IMG/VR virus record: IMGVR_UViG_3300042894_004034
Location: 1 to 64,000 of that record
DNA length: 64,000 nt
Direction: 5' to 3' (one strand)
Source: a virus
Lineage: Duplodnaviria > Heunggongvirae > Uroviricota > Caudoviricetes
Shown here: piece after piece, positions 20,341-30,173 of the stretch
How positions within the stretch are numbered: the first letter of the stretch is position 1
How the letters are laid out: the number at the start of each line of letters is the position of its first letter
The notes under the pieces: generated by a model
Seen by the model: only the letters and a program-made list of their open reading frames with translations
Databases searched by the model: none
Told to the model about the DNA's origin: nothing
Made by a program: the position numbers and the translations under genes

Positions 20341-20493
20341 TGCAACCAGCTGCTGCCCGTTATGAAAAGTTCAAACGAAAGATGTTGTTGTACTATCATC
20401 GCAGCGAATTTACAGTGGTAGAATGGATTGTGTGGTTGGCTATTTTGGGTTGGTTGACCAATATTGCTCGAAATGCTATAATACACACATAGA
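20341..20493 (+). CDS. small hydrophobic protein (50 aa), possibly leaderless
   Basis: ATG 8 nt after the -10 element. Contains VVEWIVWLAILGWL TM segment. Not in the ORF table (<60 aa). Confidence 0.3.
20454..20482 (+). promoter_or_regulatory. conserved sigma70-type promoter, family copy 2
   Basis: TTGACCAATATTGCTCGAAATGCTATAATACACACA. Followed by SD GGAG and ATG 20512. Confidence 0.6.
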
Positions 20494-20511
20494 GCAAAAC
20501 AGGAGCAGAGA

Positions 20512-20703
20512 ATGGACATTACTCAAGCTATCTCAATCTGTGAACAGTATCGCATTGATCACAGCGTCAGCGGGTTTTTGTTAGAAACTCTGGAATCCAT
20601 GCTGGCTGCAAAACAACGCAACGAACTCACTGCTGAACAGCGAGTGGCCCTGCAAACAGTCATGAACAAAGGTATGAGCCTGATTGCAAAGGCTGAAAAA
20701 TGA
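20512..20703 (+). CDS. hypothetical small protein
   Basis: ORF downstream of promoter copy 2. Confidence 0.45.
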   Translation: MDITQAISICEQYRIDHSVSGFLLETLESMLAAKQRNELTAEQRVALQTVMNKGMSLIAKAEK

Positions 20704-21050
20704 AATGGTTTGCTGAAACAACTGAATGGTCCGGTGACACGGCACCCAATCATGTGTACCTGATGGACGATGGCAAGAGCAAGATGTATGCCTATGTGAA
20801 GTTTGGCACAGGAGCAGCACACAAATTTCGTACGCCCATGCGGATTGACATCCGTGGACGCAAATTCAAAATTGTGCCTGATCAATGGAATGTTTCTGTT
20901 GACGTGGCACCACCTGCAGGTGAGACCTGGACCGTGGCCGGCAGCAAGGGTGAGGTTTATACCGTGACTCGGTTAAACGGCAACTTGAGCTGCACTTGCT
21001 CGGGATTTCGATTCCGCGGCCAGTGCAAGCACACAAAACAAAACGGTTGA
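20700..21050 (+). CDS. SWIM zinc-finger protein
   Basis: C-terminal ...SCTCSGFRFRGQCKH, a CxCxnCxH SWIM signature. Confidence 0.5.
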   Translation: MKWFAETTEWSGDTAPNHVYLMDDGKSKMYAYVKFGTGAAHKFRTPMRIDIRGRKFKIVPDQWNVSVDVAPPAGETWTVAGSKGEVYTVTRLNGNLSCTCSGFRFRGQCKHTKQNG

Positions 21051-21075
21051 CCAATATTCGCCAATCTGTTATAAT
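21047..21075 (+). promoter_or_regulatory. conserved sigma70-type promoter, family copy 3
   Basis: TTGACCAATATTCGCCAATCTGTTATAAT. SD AAAGGAG. ATG 21104. Confidence 0.55.
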
Positions 21076-21103
21076 TAACGCTTAAACACAAAAGGAGTTT
21101 TAG

Positions 21104-21487
21104 ATGCTTTATACTTTCGCTGGTACTTCCGTTCTCAAAGGCGCTGTCAAAGTTCGTTTTGCCAACTCAGAAGCTCGGGGCAAGCAATTGGCCAAGCTGG
21201 GCGACACTGATGTGAATATTGTGCCGTTGCCAAGTGCAATGGACAAGGCCGGTGCTGTGTGTTATCTGCAGAATCTAGCAGGCTTTGCTGACACTGATGC
21301 GGTGCGTGAAGCACTGGCAGGCGAAGTGGCAGTCAAACTCCGCCCTGCTAAAACTGCAAAAAAACATCTCACCAAAACTGTTCGTGTCAAGACTGCAAAG
21401 CCTGCTCGTGTTCGCCGCACTGAGCCAGTGGTTGTTACTCAAGCAGAAGTTGACGCCTTGATGGCAGCAGTATTTGGAGTTAGGTAA
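21104..21487 (+). CDS. hypothetical protein with Lys/Arg-rich C-terminal region
   Basis: KTAKKHLTKTVRVKTAKPARVRR basic stretch. Confidence 0.45.
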   Translation: MLYTFAGTSVLKGAVKVRFANSEARGKQLAKLGDTDVNIVPLPSAMDKAGAVCYLQNLAGFADTDAVREALAGEVAVKLRPAKTAKKHLTKTVRVKTAKPARVRRTEPVVVTQAEVDALMAAVFGVR

Positions 21488-21734
21488 CATGACCAATCGC
21501 AAAATTGACTTTGCTCAATTGGGTTTTAATCGATACCAAGTGTCAGACATGAACATTGTGATGAACCTGAAGACTCCAGAAGAAATTCAGGACTGGATGG
21601 TGGCAGTGGGTGCAGCGGATGTGGCCTATGCCATCAGTTTGCTGGAACAAGCTGCCTTGCTTGAGCTGGACAGTGCAACTGACACCATGAAACGTTTTCC
21701 CGAAGCAATGGCTGCAATTAGAAAGGTAATGTAA
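21474..21734 (+). CDS. hypothetical protein
   Basis: ORF. Confidence 0.4.
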   Translation: MELGNMTNRKIDFAQLGFNRYQVSDMNIVMNLKTPEEIQDWMVAVGAADVAYAISLLEQAALLELDSATDTMKRFPEAMAAIRKVM

Positions 21735-22090
21735 TGGGACTGGACATGTATGCTTATGCTGCCGCCAAGGCAGCAACAAATGACGAAACTGGACAGCGTG
21801 AAATTGCCTACTGGCGTAAACATCCTAACCTGCATGGCTGGATGGAGCGACTTGCTGAATCAAAAGATTTAGAGTACGACTCATTCAACGGCGTTGAACT
21901 AGAACTCGCCTGGGAAGATCTTGAAGCTCTGGAACAGGCAGTTACTCACAAACAATTGCCTGCCACTAGCGGATTCTTTTTTGGGCAGGACAGCGACGAC
22001 GAATATCGAGACAGTGATCTTGCGTTTGTCCGAGCAGCCAAAGCAGAAGTGTTTTTGGGACTAAAAGTTTTTTATAACAGTAGCTGGTAA
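21734..22090 (+). CDS. hypothetical protein
   Basis: ORF. Confidence 0.4.
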   Translation: MGLDMYAYAAAKAATNDETGQREIAYWRKHPNLHGWMERLAESKDLEYDSFNGVELELAWEDLEALEQAVTHKQLPATSGFFFGQDSDDEYRDSDLAFVRAAKAEVFLGLKVFYNSSW

Positions 22091-22443
22091 TGAATACATT
22101 GATTGATTTTAGTGAAGCCGAGGATGATTTGAGATACATGGGTATGGAAATCCCATTGCATACCCGCGAAACACTTCAAAACTATTTGATTAAGGGGTTT
22201 ACGCCATGTGGGTTTTGCGAATCAATGTTAGCAAAAGATTACGACCGTGCATTGGCTGTTGCTGATACTGCCAATCGTCAAATGTTTTGGGCTATAGCAA
22301 CTTGGATTAGGGAAAATGCACCCGAAGGAAGTTGGGGTAGTTATGATATAGTCAGTAACTGGTGCAATGATGTTAATGGGTCGCGCACTGAGTTTGCTAT
22401 TGATGCTGAAAAAAGATTTGTTTGGAAGAAGTTAAAAGAATGA
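22090..22443 (+). CDS. hypothetical protein
   Basis: ORF. Confidence 0.4.
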   Translation: MNTLIDFSEAEDDLRYMGMEIPLHTRETLQNYLIKGFTPCGFCESMLAKDYDRALAVADTANRQMFWAIATWIRENAPEGSWGSYDIVSNWCNDVNGSRTEFAIDAEKRFVWKKLKE

Positions 22444-22898
22444 AAAAAATCTACTACGAAAAACGTGGCCGCAGATATGTTCCTGTGTCTGAGTATGACA
22501 ACGATCTTGCGGATAGTTTTTCTAAAGGTACTCATCTTGTGATGGTTTACCCAGGGGGTGCTAGTCGCCGATACAACATTGACCCTAACTATGCGGCCAT
22601 GATGGCGGCCAGCCGAGTAGCCGAAGAGGCTATGATTCGGGCAATGCATAAAGCCAGTGAAATGCGGCCTGTTCGCACTCCTATCACACCTGCACAACAA
22701 AAGGCATGGAAGAAATTGGCTAAAGAGTTTGGTGATGAACTTTGTACGTTGAGCGGAGCCAGTTCACACGATATTGCCGAAGCAGGTATTCGTGCCCTGC
22801 AGACGGAAGCAGACAAACTCATGACACATGCCAGTGTTCGTGCAGCCTATGAACAATTTCTATTAGTATGTGCTTTGGCCCGCCCGCAGGAGAATTAA
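22422..22898 (+). CDS. hypothetical protein
   Basis: ORF. Confidence 0.4.
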   Translation: MEEVKRMKKIYYEKRGRRYVPVSEYDNDLADSFSKGTHLVMVYPGGASRRYNIDPNYAAMMAASRVAEEAMIRAMHKASEMRPVRTPITPAQQKAWKKLAKEFGDELCTLSGASSHDIAEAGIRALQTEADKLMTHASVRAAYEQFLLVCALARPQEN

Positions 22899-22901
22899 AT
22901 A

Positions 22902-24269
22902 ATGCATGACATTGACTTTGACAACAATGAGTTTTGGAAACACGTAGTGGTAGCTGACTGGATTCGCGACCTTGAATCCAGCGACAGCCGCTTGCACAAA
23001 GAACGAGTGATTGAAAAAGCCTTGATGGCTTCAAAATTGGGCAGTGCCGGCGCACAGGGTTTTTTGTTCAACTGTTACCTGGCATACAATCCTTTCTATG
23101 TGTACAATGTTCGCCAGGTGCCGGAGACTGAGGGTCTAACCGGACAGCCCAACCCGTGGCCTATATTCTGGGGCTTGTGTGAGGACTTGAGAACTCGCGG
23201 AGTAACCGGGCATGCTGCTAGAGATCGCATTGAACAAGTGAGTGAACTGTTTGATTCGGAGCAGTGGAATGGCATGTGTAGACGAGTCTTGATCAAGGAC
23301 CTGCGCTGCGGCATCAGTGAGAAAACACTCAACAAGGTTCTGGGCAAAACATCCTGGAAGATACCTACCTTTACCTGCCAGCTGGCGCAAGATTCAACTG
23401 ATCGTCCGGCCAAGATGAAAGGCATCAAACGCCTGGAGGTCAAACTGGATGGTGTGCGAGTTCTGGCAGTGGTACAAGGTGCCAGTGTTACACTGTACAG
23501 CCGCAATGGCAAGCCGTTTGAAAACTTTCCGCACGTGGCCGAAGCCATTGCTGCCAACCGCAAACTGATTGGTGCGTTTGGCGGACGATATGTGCTGGAC
23601 GGCGAGATTGTAGGTGCCAGCTTTCAACAACTCATGCGGCAGGCACAACGCAAAACAAATGCCGAAACCACGGACATGGTGTATCATGTGTTTGATATCA
23701 TTCCACTTGACAGTTTTCAAGAAGGACACTATAATGCACAACAGAGCAAGCGACTTGATATTTTAACAGGATCTCGAGCACGGTTTGATGCTACAGATTG
23801 TCTGCGTCTCATGGACGGTATCACTGTGGATCTGGACACAGCCGAAGGGCATGACATCATGAATCGATATGCACAGGATGCTGTGGCCAACGGATTTGAA
23901 GGTATCATGATCAAGGATCTTGGCGCACCATATGAGTGCAAGCGATCTAGTTTTTGGATGAAATGGAAACCCACAATCACAGTTGATCTTAATATTGTGG
24001 GTTTTGAAGAAGGTACCGGTCGCAATCAGGGCCGGTTGGGTGCTATAATTTGTGAAGGAGTTGATGATGACCGTAGAATTTGCGTTAATGTTGGCAGTGG
24101 GTTTAGCGATACTCTTCGTGATGAGTATTGGGCCAGTCGGAATGAGCTACTTGGTGACGTGGTTGAAGTCGAAGCGGACGCAGTCACACAAAACCAAGAC
24201 GGATCATACTCATTGAGATTTCCGCGCTTTGTACGCTTTCGTGGATTTGAAGCAGGAGAAAAACTATGA
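22902..24269 (+). CDS. ATP-dependent DNA ligase
   Basis: Motif I KRLEVKLDGVRV (KxDGxR). Downstream nucleotidyltransferase and OB-fold length is appropriate. About 170-aa N-terminal extension. Confidence 0.8.
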   Translation: MHDIDFDNNEFWKHVVVADWIRDLESSDSRLHKERVIEKALMASKLGSAGAQGFLFNCYLAYNPFYVYNVRQVPETEGLTGQPNPWPIFWGLCEDLRTRGVTGHAARDRIEQVSELFDSEQWNGMCRRVLIKDLRCGISEKTLNKVLGKTSWKIPTFTCQLAQDSTDRPAKMKGIKRLEVKLDGVRVLAVVQGASVTLYSRNGKPFENFPHVAEAIAANRKLIGAFGGRYVLDGEIVGASFQQLMRQAQRKTNAETTDMVYHVFDIIPLDSFQEGHYNAQQSKRLDILTGSRARFDATDCLRLMDGITVDLDTAEGHDIMNRYAQDAVANGFEGIMIKDLGAPYECKRSSFWMKWKPTITVDLNIVGFEEGTGRNQGRLGAIICEGVDDDRRICVNVGSGFSDTLRDEYWASRNELLGDVVEVEADAVTQNQDGSYSLRFPRFVRFRGFEAGEKL

Positions 24270-24466
24270 CAGAAGTCAGCAGAATATCTGCACAAAATGC
24301 AGAAGTGTATCGACAGATGGAAATCAAAAAGGTGGACAAGCGTCACGAAGAACTTAGACTAGAAGAACGACGTGTACAGGCCGATGCCAAAGTTGATGAA
24401 CAAGCAAGAATTGAAATGAATCGTAGAATGAACCGTGCGGGACAAAACATAGATAGAATGGCCTAG
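24266..24466 (+). CDS. hypothetical small coiled-coil protein
   Basis: ORF. Confidence 0.35.
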   Translation: MTEVSRISAQNAEVYRQMEIKKVDKRHEELRLEERRVQADAKVDEQARIEMNRRMNRAGQNIDRMA

Positions 24467-24503
24467 CCGGGTCAACCATGAACAGTAATTTTTAGGAAAA
24501 ATC

Positions 24504-24731
24504 ATGCACAAAACAGTTTACACAGAAGTTGAAGTTGATGTTAATCTTGGAGATTTTGAAACAGAGGACCTGATCGAAGAACTAGAAAGTCGTGACGAAT
24601 TACCCTCGAGTCATGGCCCATATGATGCTAAAGAGCTAGTGGAACAAATCTGGATGCTTCGACGCAACGGTAAAAACTATGATGCACCATTGGATCAGTT
24701 GGTGTATGCTGTGACTGGACGCATCATTTAA
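24504..24731 (+). CDS. hypothetical small acidic protein
   Basis: ORF preceded by conserved leader motif and SD. Confidence 0.45.
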   Translation: MHKTVYTEVEVDVNLGDFETEDLIEELESRDELPSSHGPYDAKELVEQIWMLRRNGKNYDAPLDQLVYAVTGRII

Positions 24732-24766
24732 TCAATCATGAATAGTAATTTTTTAGGAGAAATCAA

Positions 24767-24979
24767 ATGGCAACAGCAAAAACAGTAAATCGACTCAGCG
24801 ATAAGCTGACCAAGGTAAATGAATCATACACTGTGAATCGTTATGACAACGGTTTCATGGTAGAGGCAAGTGGACGCAACAAAAAAGGTGACTATGTCAC
24901 TGCCAAGATCTTGTGCAACACACTGGATGAAGTGCTGGCTCTTGTGAAAGAAGCCTGCGAGATGGACCTGGACGTTTAA
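24767..24979 (+). CDS. hypothetical small protein
   Basis: ORF preceded by the same conserved leader motif. Confidence 0.45.
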   Translation: MATAKTVNRLSDKLTKVNESYTVNRYDNGFMVEASGRNKKGDYVTAKILCNTLDEVLALVKEACEMDLDV

Positions 24980-24983
24980 TATC

Positions 24984-25160
24984 ATGATTAAACTTTGGTT
25001 AGCGTTTGCTATTATTGCTGTTCTCATACACTTTGGCATCACTGCTGTTAGAAAGATGGACGGCAAGGAACAATTAGCCTTGACAAAAAGTATAGGTTAC
25101 AGTATAATTGTGTCACTGGCAGTGGTAATGGTAATGACAGTGATTGTAATTTTATTTTAA
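24984..25160 (+). CDS. small 2-TM membrane protein (~58 aa), possible NfeD-like partner of the SPFH protein
   Basis: MIKLWLAFAIIAVLIHFG...SIIVSLAVVMVMTVIVILF. Immediately upstream of the SPFH lipoprotein. Not in the ORF table. Confidence 0.35.
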   Translation: MIKLWLAFAIIAVLIHFGITAVRKMDGKEQLALTKSIGYSIIVSLAVVMVMTVIVILF

Positions 25161-25169
25161 GGAAACACA

Positions 25170-25973
25170 ATGAAGCGTATTTTAACTCTCTCTATCTTGG
25201 CTGCTGCTGTACTGGCAACAGGTTGTACTCGTATTGAAACTGGTGAAGTTGGTGTGCGAGTGGGTTTTGATAAACAGGTCCAGAGTGGTGAACTACTTCC
25301 TGGGTCTTTCAATCAATCAATCATTGGTGAGGTTCTTACGTTCCCCATCAAGGACGTAAACGTGGTGCTGGAGAATATGACTCCTGTTGCCCGAGACAAC
25401 AGCACCATGAAAGACTTTGATGCAGTGGTTGTTTACAACATCAACCCCCAGCAAGTAAGTGAATTGTATGCAACCAAGAACAAGAGCTTCCATACCGAGT
25501 TCAAAGGTGATACCTATGTGATGTACAATTACATTGTGCAGAATGCTCGTAACGCTATCTACAAGGCCGCTCGTAAGTATGAGGCCCTGGACATGGCAGA
25601 TGCCCGTAGCGACATGGAAACCTTTATCAAGGAAGAAATTGTTCGCAATCTTGCCGAAGAAAAACTGGACGGTAGTATCAGTATTAGTCAAGTGCTAATC
25701 CGTAATATTGTACCAGCTGACTCAGTTGTGGCCAGTGCTAACGAATTGGTCAAGGCCAAGAACGAGTTCAAGACCGAAGAAGTCAAAGTGGCCACTGCTC
25801 GCAAGCGTAATGAGTCAATGCAGGCCAACCCAATGGCAATTCCCTTGCTGATGGCCGAAGCACAAGCAGATGCCATGCGTAAGTTGCCAGATGCTATTGC
25901 CAACTTCAAAGGTCAAACCTTGGTCATCAACGGTGTTGTGACTCCCACAGTACAGACCAACAGCGCAAAATAA
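25170..25973 (+). CDS. SPFH/band-7 (stomatin/HflK-like) domain lipoprotein
   Basis: Lipobox LATGC. TGEVGVRVGFDK...GSFNQ...LTFPIKDVNV resembles the SPFH core. Confidence 0.5.
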   Translation: MKRILTLSILAAAVLATGCTRIETGEVGVRVGFDKQVQSGELLPGSFNQSIIGEVLTFPIKDVNVVLENMTPVARDNSTMKDFDAVVVYNINPQQVSELYATKNKSFHTEFKGDTYVMYNYIVQNARNAIYKAARKYEALDMADARSDMETFIKEEIVRNLAEEKLDGSISISQVLIRNIVPADSVVASANELVKAKNEFKTEEVKVATARKRNESMQANPMAIPLLMAEAQADAMRKLPDAIANFKGQTLVINGVVTPTVQTNSAK

Positions 25974-25988
25974 CCCAAAGGAACTATC

Positions 25989-26672
25989 ATGGCAGTCTGG
26001 AGATTATCAACACATTACAAAAAGTCAGCAGTTGAAAAACAGCTCTGGTACAAGGATGGTGTGACAATCAGCAAGGAAGAAGGCTATCGTTGGGGCACGT
26101 TCTATTGCGAAAGTGATGAAATGCCTGATGTTGATCTTGCCAACCCAGACGGCTACGAACTCTACGGCTATGACTGGGAACTGGACAGCCTGGATGATGG
26201 TTGCTGGAGTGACTGGACATTTCCTGAGGATATGAGCGCAGCAGAACGTGAGCAGATTGAAGCTGCCTGGGACCAGGATTTCTCAGACGGACTTGAAGCA
26301 CTGGGCTGGAGTCACAATGATACTGAATACTGGTTTCATGGTCCCTTGCTTATGACCAATGAAACCACTGGTGAAGAGTTTTCAGGCCTGGCAGAAGAAT
26401 CACAAGAAAAAACTGCTCAACAGTTGGCAGCCGAACTTGACGAATTGATTGCTGAAATGCCAGGCATTCCAGACTATGCTGTGAAAACACCTGCGATGAC
26501 TGAGTGGTATGACAGTGATACTCTTCCTGCGCGAACAGGCAGCTACGAAGTTATCACAATGACCTGGCCGTTTGTGATGTTTGCTGACTGGAATGGACGT
26601 GCCTGGCAACGAGAAGGCTTTGCAATCAACCCCTCGGCCTGGCGTGGACTGGCCGAGGATCCTGCCAAATAA
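25989..26672 (+). CDS. highly acidic Trp-rich protein (function unknown; DNA-mimic-like composition)
   Basis: D/E- and W-rich throughout. Confidence 0.45.
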   Translation: MAVWRLSTHYKKSAVEKQLWYKDGVTISKEEGYRWGTFYCESDEMPDVDLANPDGYELYGYDWELDSLDDGCWSDWTFPEDMSAAEREQIEAAWDQDFSDGLEALGWSHNDTEYWFHGPLLMTNETTGEEFSGLAEESQEKTAQQLAAELDELIAEMPGIPDYAVKTPAMTEWYDSDTLPARTGSYEVITMTWPFVMFADWNGRAWQREGFAINPSAWRGLAEDPAK

Positions 26673-26673
26673 T

Positions 26674-26702
26674 TTGACAACAGGCCACAGTGCCTGTATA
26701 AT
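26674..26702 (+). promoter_or_regulatory. consensus sigma70 promoter TTGACA-17-TATAAT
   Basis: Perfect hexamers with 17-nt spacer at the start of a ~190-nt non-coding stretch. Confidence 0.55.
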
Positions 26703-26877
26703 TACTGTGCATGACCAAGGAGATGGTGCTGTTCGATAGTGCGGTGGAATTCCTAGGCCCACTGCTACTGTGGCATGTGAACATAAGTCACGTAGGTTGA
26801 GACACTGTCCTTGAATAAAATCAAAACCCGGCTGGTACCTGGGGGTATGCCAATAAGGACTAACACAGTGAAAGGAT

Positions 26878-27195
26878 ATGTATATGTCTGTTGAAATTGG
26901 GGCCGCTGCGTTGAGCATGTCCGAGTCACTCAGCTCTCTTGAATCAACGCCCTTGGTCATGCACCGTATTTGGTTTGATATCTCAAGCACCGACGTCTGG
27001 TACTCAATCCAGCGTGAAGCAAAAACACTCTATGGCACAGGTTGGAAAAGCCAGTCACGAGTCAAGCGCAAACTAGACAACATCTGGGGCAATCAAACAT
27101 CCTATCCAGTTTGGTTCGATGTGCCTGAACAGTCTTTTGCATCCTGGATCTCGGTAAAGTACGCTGTGAGTGCCAAGATAAAATCCGGTAAATAG
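26878..27195 (+). CDS. hypothetical protein
   Basis: ORF with SD AAAGGA. Confidence 0.4.
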   Translation: MYMSVEIGAAALSMSESLSSLESTPLVMHRIWFDISSTDVWYSIQREAKTLYGTGWKSQSRVKRKLDNIWGNQTSYPVWFDVPEQSFASWISVKYAVSAKIKSGK

Positions 27196-27199
27196 TCTT

Positions 27200-28612
27200 A
27201 TGTTTCTTAGTCTTATAACTCTAGCCGTGGCTCTGAGTCTCAGCGTTATTGCTGCCTACTACAGCATTGCCGGCCTGGCAGCTATATTTGCAGCCGCAGT
27301 GATACCCATCATGATCATGGGATCCATCCTGGAATTGGCCAAGGTGGTTGTGACCATATGGCTGCACGAGTACTGGCCACGAGCCAGATGGTTGATGAAA
27401 ATATACCTGGTGTCTGCTGTGATCATGCTAATGTTGATCACCAGCATGGGCATCTTTGGTTTCTTGTCAAAAGCACACAGTGATCAGAGTCTTGTGAGTG
27501 GCGACAGTCAGGCCAAGGTTTTGATCTTTGATGAAAAAATTCGAACATCCAAAGACAACATTGACGCCAACCGTCGGGCACTTAAACAGATGGATGAAGC
27601 TGTGGACCAGGTCATGGGTCGCAGTGCCGATGAGAAAGGTGCTGAGAAAGCTGTTCAGATCCGCAGATCTCAAAATAAAGAACGTGCTCGTCTCATAGCC
27701 GAAATTGACACTGAGCAGAAAACCGTGGCCAAGCTGAACGAAGAAGCAGCACCACTCCGAGCAGAATTTCGCAAGATCGAAGCTGAAGTAGGTCCAATCA
27801 AGTACATTGCAGCCTTGATCTACGGTGACAATCCTGATGCCAATGTTCTGGAACGTGCAGTACGCTGGGTGATCATGTTGTTGGTTTGTGTATTTGATCC
27901 ACTAGCTATCATGATGCTGTTGGCATCTACAGAAAGTCTCAAGTGGGCACGTGAAGGTCGCACCAGTCGAGTGCTTGAACCTGAGCCACCAGCATATGAA
28001 CCTGATGATGGTCCCATTGATCCAGAAGTACTGGAACAGTTACGTGCTAGAGCACAACAAGACTTGCCCACTGGCGAACTTGTGAGCCGGCAAGAACTAT
28101 TTCCTGAGAACCCGCATCCAGCCGGTTGGATGTTTGAGCCCGACCCACAGCCAGTGCCACAAGCAGCAGAAACAACACTGCCCGACGATGATGACTCCGA
28201 CGAAGAAAGTCCTGAACTCAAAGCAGCCATGACACAATGGAAGGCCGAGAATCCCACAGACACACTCAAACATCAACGAAAATTATTTGACTCTGGGCAG
28301 ATAGAAGAACTGCCTTGGCTAAAGTTTTTGCCATCACATGAACCTACATCTGGATTTGGAACACACCTGCCCGACACTGCTGTAAAAGGTGACAGCTATG
28401 TGTTGACCACAACGATTCCCAATGTGTTGTATAAATTCAACGGCTCCGGCTGGATCAAAGTTGACAATTCTATAAAAGACCAGTATACTTACGACATAGC
28501 ATACATAGATCACTTGATTGTTCAAATTGAAAAAGGATTGTATGATCCTGAGCTTTTGAGTGACAGTGAACGTGATCAAATCGAACAACGCATACAACAA
28601 CTTCCAGAATAA
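27200..28612 (+). CDS. multi-pass membrane protein with central coiled coil and acidic C-terminal domain
   Basis: Four hydrophobic helices at the N-terminus, Q/E/K-rich heptads, [11 protein letters not shown]. Confidence 0.45.
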   Translation: MFLSLITLAVALSLSVIAAYYSIAGLAAIFAAAVIPIMIMGSILELAKVVVTIWLHEYWPRARWLMKIYLVSAVIMLMLITSMGIFGFLSKAHSDQSLVSGDSQAKVLIFDEKIRTSKDNIDANRRALKQMDEAVDQVMGRSADEKGAEKAVQIRRSQNKERARLIAEIDTEQKTVAKLNEEAAPLRAEFRKIEAEVGPIKYIAALIYGDNPDANVLERAVRWVIMLLVCVFDPLAIMMLLASTESLKWAREGRTSRVLEPEPPAYEPDDGPIDPEVLEQLRARAQQDLPTGELVSRQELFPENPHPAGWMFEPDPQPVPQAAETTLPDDDDSDEESPELKAAMTQWKAENPTDTLKHQRKLFDSGQIEELPWLKFLPSHEPTSGFGTHLPDTAVKGDSYVLTTTIPNVLYKFNGSGWIKVDNSIKDQYTYDIAYIDHLIVQIEKGLYDPELLSDSERDQIEQRIQQLPE

Positions 28613-28616
28613 AATA

Positions 28617-29828
28617 ATGATCAAAGAAACCCATTCCTCATGCAGCTTCTGTGGCAAAAATAAAGATGACGTGCGTAAACTTATTGTTGGCGAGTATGCA
28701 GGCATCTGCAACGAGTGCGTGGATTTTTGTCAGGGACTGTTGTCAACTGACGAACCAGTTGTGCCACCCGAACCACCATCAGCCAAACTAGATCCAATGA
28801 TCCTGAAGAACTATCTGGATCAGTATGTGATTGGTCAGGACGCTGCCAAGATCATGATCAGTGTGGCCATTGTGAATCATTACAAACGCATCAGCAAGAC
28901 CACAACTGATCCAGAAATGGACAAAGCCAACATCTTGATGTTAGGACCCACTGGCTCAGGCAAAACTTTGTTGGCCAAGTCAGTGGCACGTTATCTTGAT
29001 GTGCCATTTGCCATTGCTGATGCCACAAGTATCACTGAAGCAGGATATGTGGGTGACGATGTGGAAAGTCTAATCACTAGATTGTATGCTGCATCAGGCA
29101 ACGATGTGGCCAAGACACAGCAGGGTATTGTGTTTGTGGATGAGATTGACAAAATTGCTCGCAAGGGCGAAAGCTCGTCGATCACTAGAGATGTGTCAGG
29201 CGAAGGTGTACAACAGGCCCTGTTAAAAATGGTAGAAGGCACTGTGTGTCGTATTCCAGCAGCAGGTGGTGGCAGAAAGCATCCTGGTGGTGACATGATT
29301 GAAATTGACACTCGCAACATTTTGTTTATTGCTGGTGGCGCATTTGTGGGGCTAGATACCATAGTGAAAAATCGTGTGCAAGGAACCTCCATTGGCTTTA
29401 ACGCCAAGGTTGCAAAAACATCTATTGATACCGATCTGGACATGACCACACCAGATGACCTGGTGAAGTTTGGCATGATTCCGGAATTTGTTGGACGTTT
29501 TCCCAACTGGGTCAGTTTGAAACAACTCAGCAAAGCGGACCTGATTAGAATTCTCACAGAGATCAAGAATAACTATGTGGATCAGTATCGTTGGCTATTT
29601 TCTGAAGATGGCGTGGACTTGACGTTTACTGTGGCGGCACTGGATGAGATTGCGGAGCGCACCTTGGTCAATCAAACTGGTGCACGTGGTCTGCACAGCG
29701 AACTAGAACGTGTGCTGTTGCCGCACATGTTTCATCTTGCACAATACCGCCAGCAAGGCATTGCTGTGCTGTCAATTGACACGGATCAGGTGGCAGAACC
29801 CGAGGAACTCCGGGTTGTAAACAGCTAA
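28617..29828 (+). CDS. clpX: ATP-dependent Clp protease ATPase subunit ClpX
   Basis: N-terminal C4 zinc-binding domain (CSFCG...CNEC). Walker [13 protein letters not shown] pore loop ([10 protein letters not shown]). Walker [10 protein letters not shown]. Start taken at ATG 28617; the table ORF begins at 28560. Confidence 0.85.
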   Translation: MIKETHSSCSFCGKNKDDVRKLIVGEYAGICNECVDFCQGLLSTDEPVVPPEPPSAKLDPMILKNYLDQYVIGQDAAKIMISVAIVNHYKRISKTTTDPEMDKANILMLGPTGSGKTLLAKSVARYLDVPFAIADATSITEAGYVGDDVESLITRLYAASGNDVAKTQQGIVFVDEIDKIARKGESSSITRDVSGEGVQQALLKMVEGTVCRIPAAGGGRKHPGGDMIEIDTRNILFIAGGAFVGLDTIVKNRVQGTSIGFNAKVAKTSIDTDLDMTTPDDLVKFGMIPEFVGRFPNWVSLKQLSKADLIRILTEIKNNYVDQYRWLFSEDGVDLTFTVAALDEIAERTLVNQTGARGLHSELERVLLPHMFHLAQYRQQGIAVLSIDTDQVAEPEELRVVNS

Positions 29829-29829
29829 A

Positions 29830-30090
29830 ATGTACATTGAATTTGCATGGTCAAAGGATGGTGGCGGTCAGACAGCAGCACATGCAGTGGGCACAGTTTC
29901 TAAAAAACTGGCCACCTGGGCAAACAAGTACAACGTCGAGTACAAGACAAAAATAATCAAATGCAAGTTACGAGTAACTTTTGATTTGGACGAGTATTAC
30001 ACATTGTTTGGGCTGACCTGGGTCTTGGACCCAAAGTACCCAAGCTGGACAAATTACCGACTGATATCTGACCTAAATAACAAAATATAA
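29830..30090 (+). CDS. hypothetical protein
   Basis: ORF. Confidence 0.4.
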   Translation: MYIEFAWSKDGGGQTAAHAVGTVSKKLATWANKYNVEYKTKIIKCKLRVTFDLDEYYTLFGLTWVLDPKYPSWTNYRLISDLNNKI

Positions 30091-30173
30091 TTCTGATCTG
30101 TAGTATAATAAATACTGCGGTAGATGCCCATGGTGGGGTCTACACTAGTCATCTTGCTTAATAGGAGAAAAAC

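Noticed and set aside
20244-20519. Minus-strand ORFs 20244..20519, 60992..61381, 63593..63997 and the N-terminal extension of 51887..53140, which share a CVYYSTSGNIGQ-like peptide.
   Set aside because: The shared peptide is only the reverse-complement translation of the repeated promoter element. The ORFs overlap real + strand genes, so they are treated as artefacts.
26700-26880. Possible tRNA (GTTCGAT near 26735) in the long leader.
   Set aside because: No acceptor, D-arm or anticodon-arm pairing could be built around it. No GGTTCGAATCC-type T-arm was found anywhere in the window.
26400-26990. 196-aa minus-strand ORF.
   Set aside because: It lies antisense across the end of 25989..26672 and the non-coding leader. 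It has no start context or motif, and the neighbourhood is uniformly + strand.
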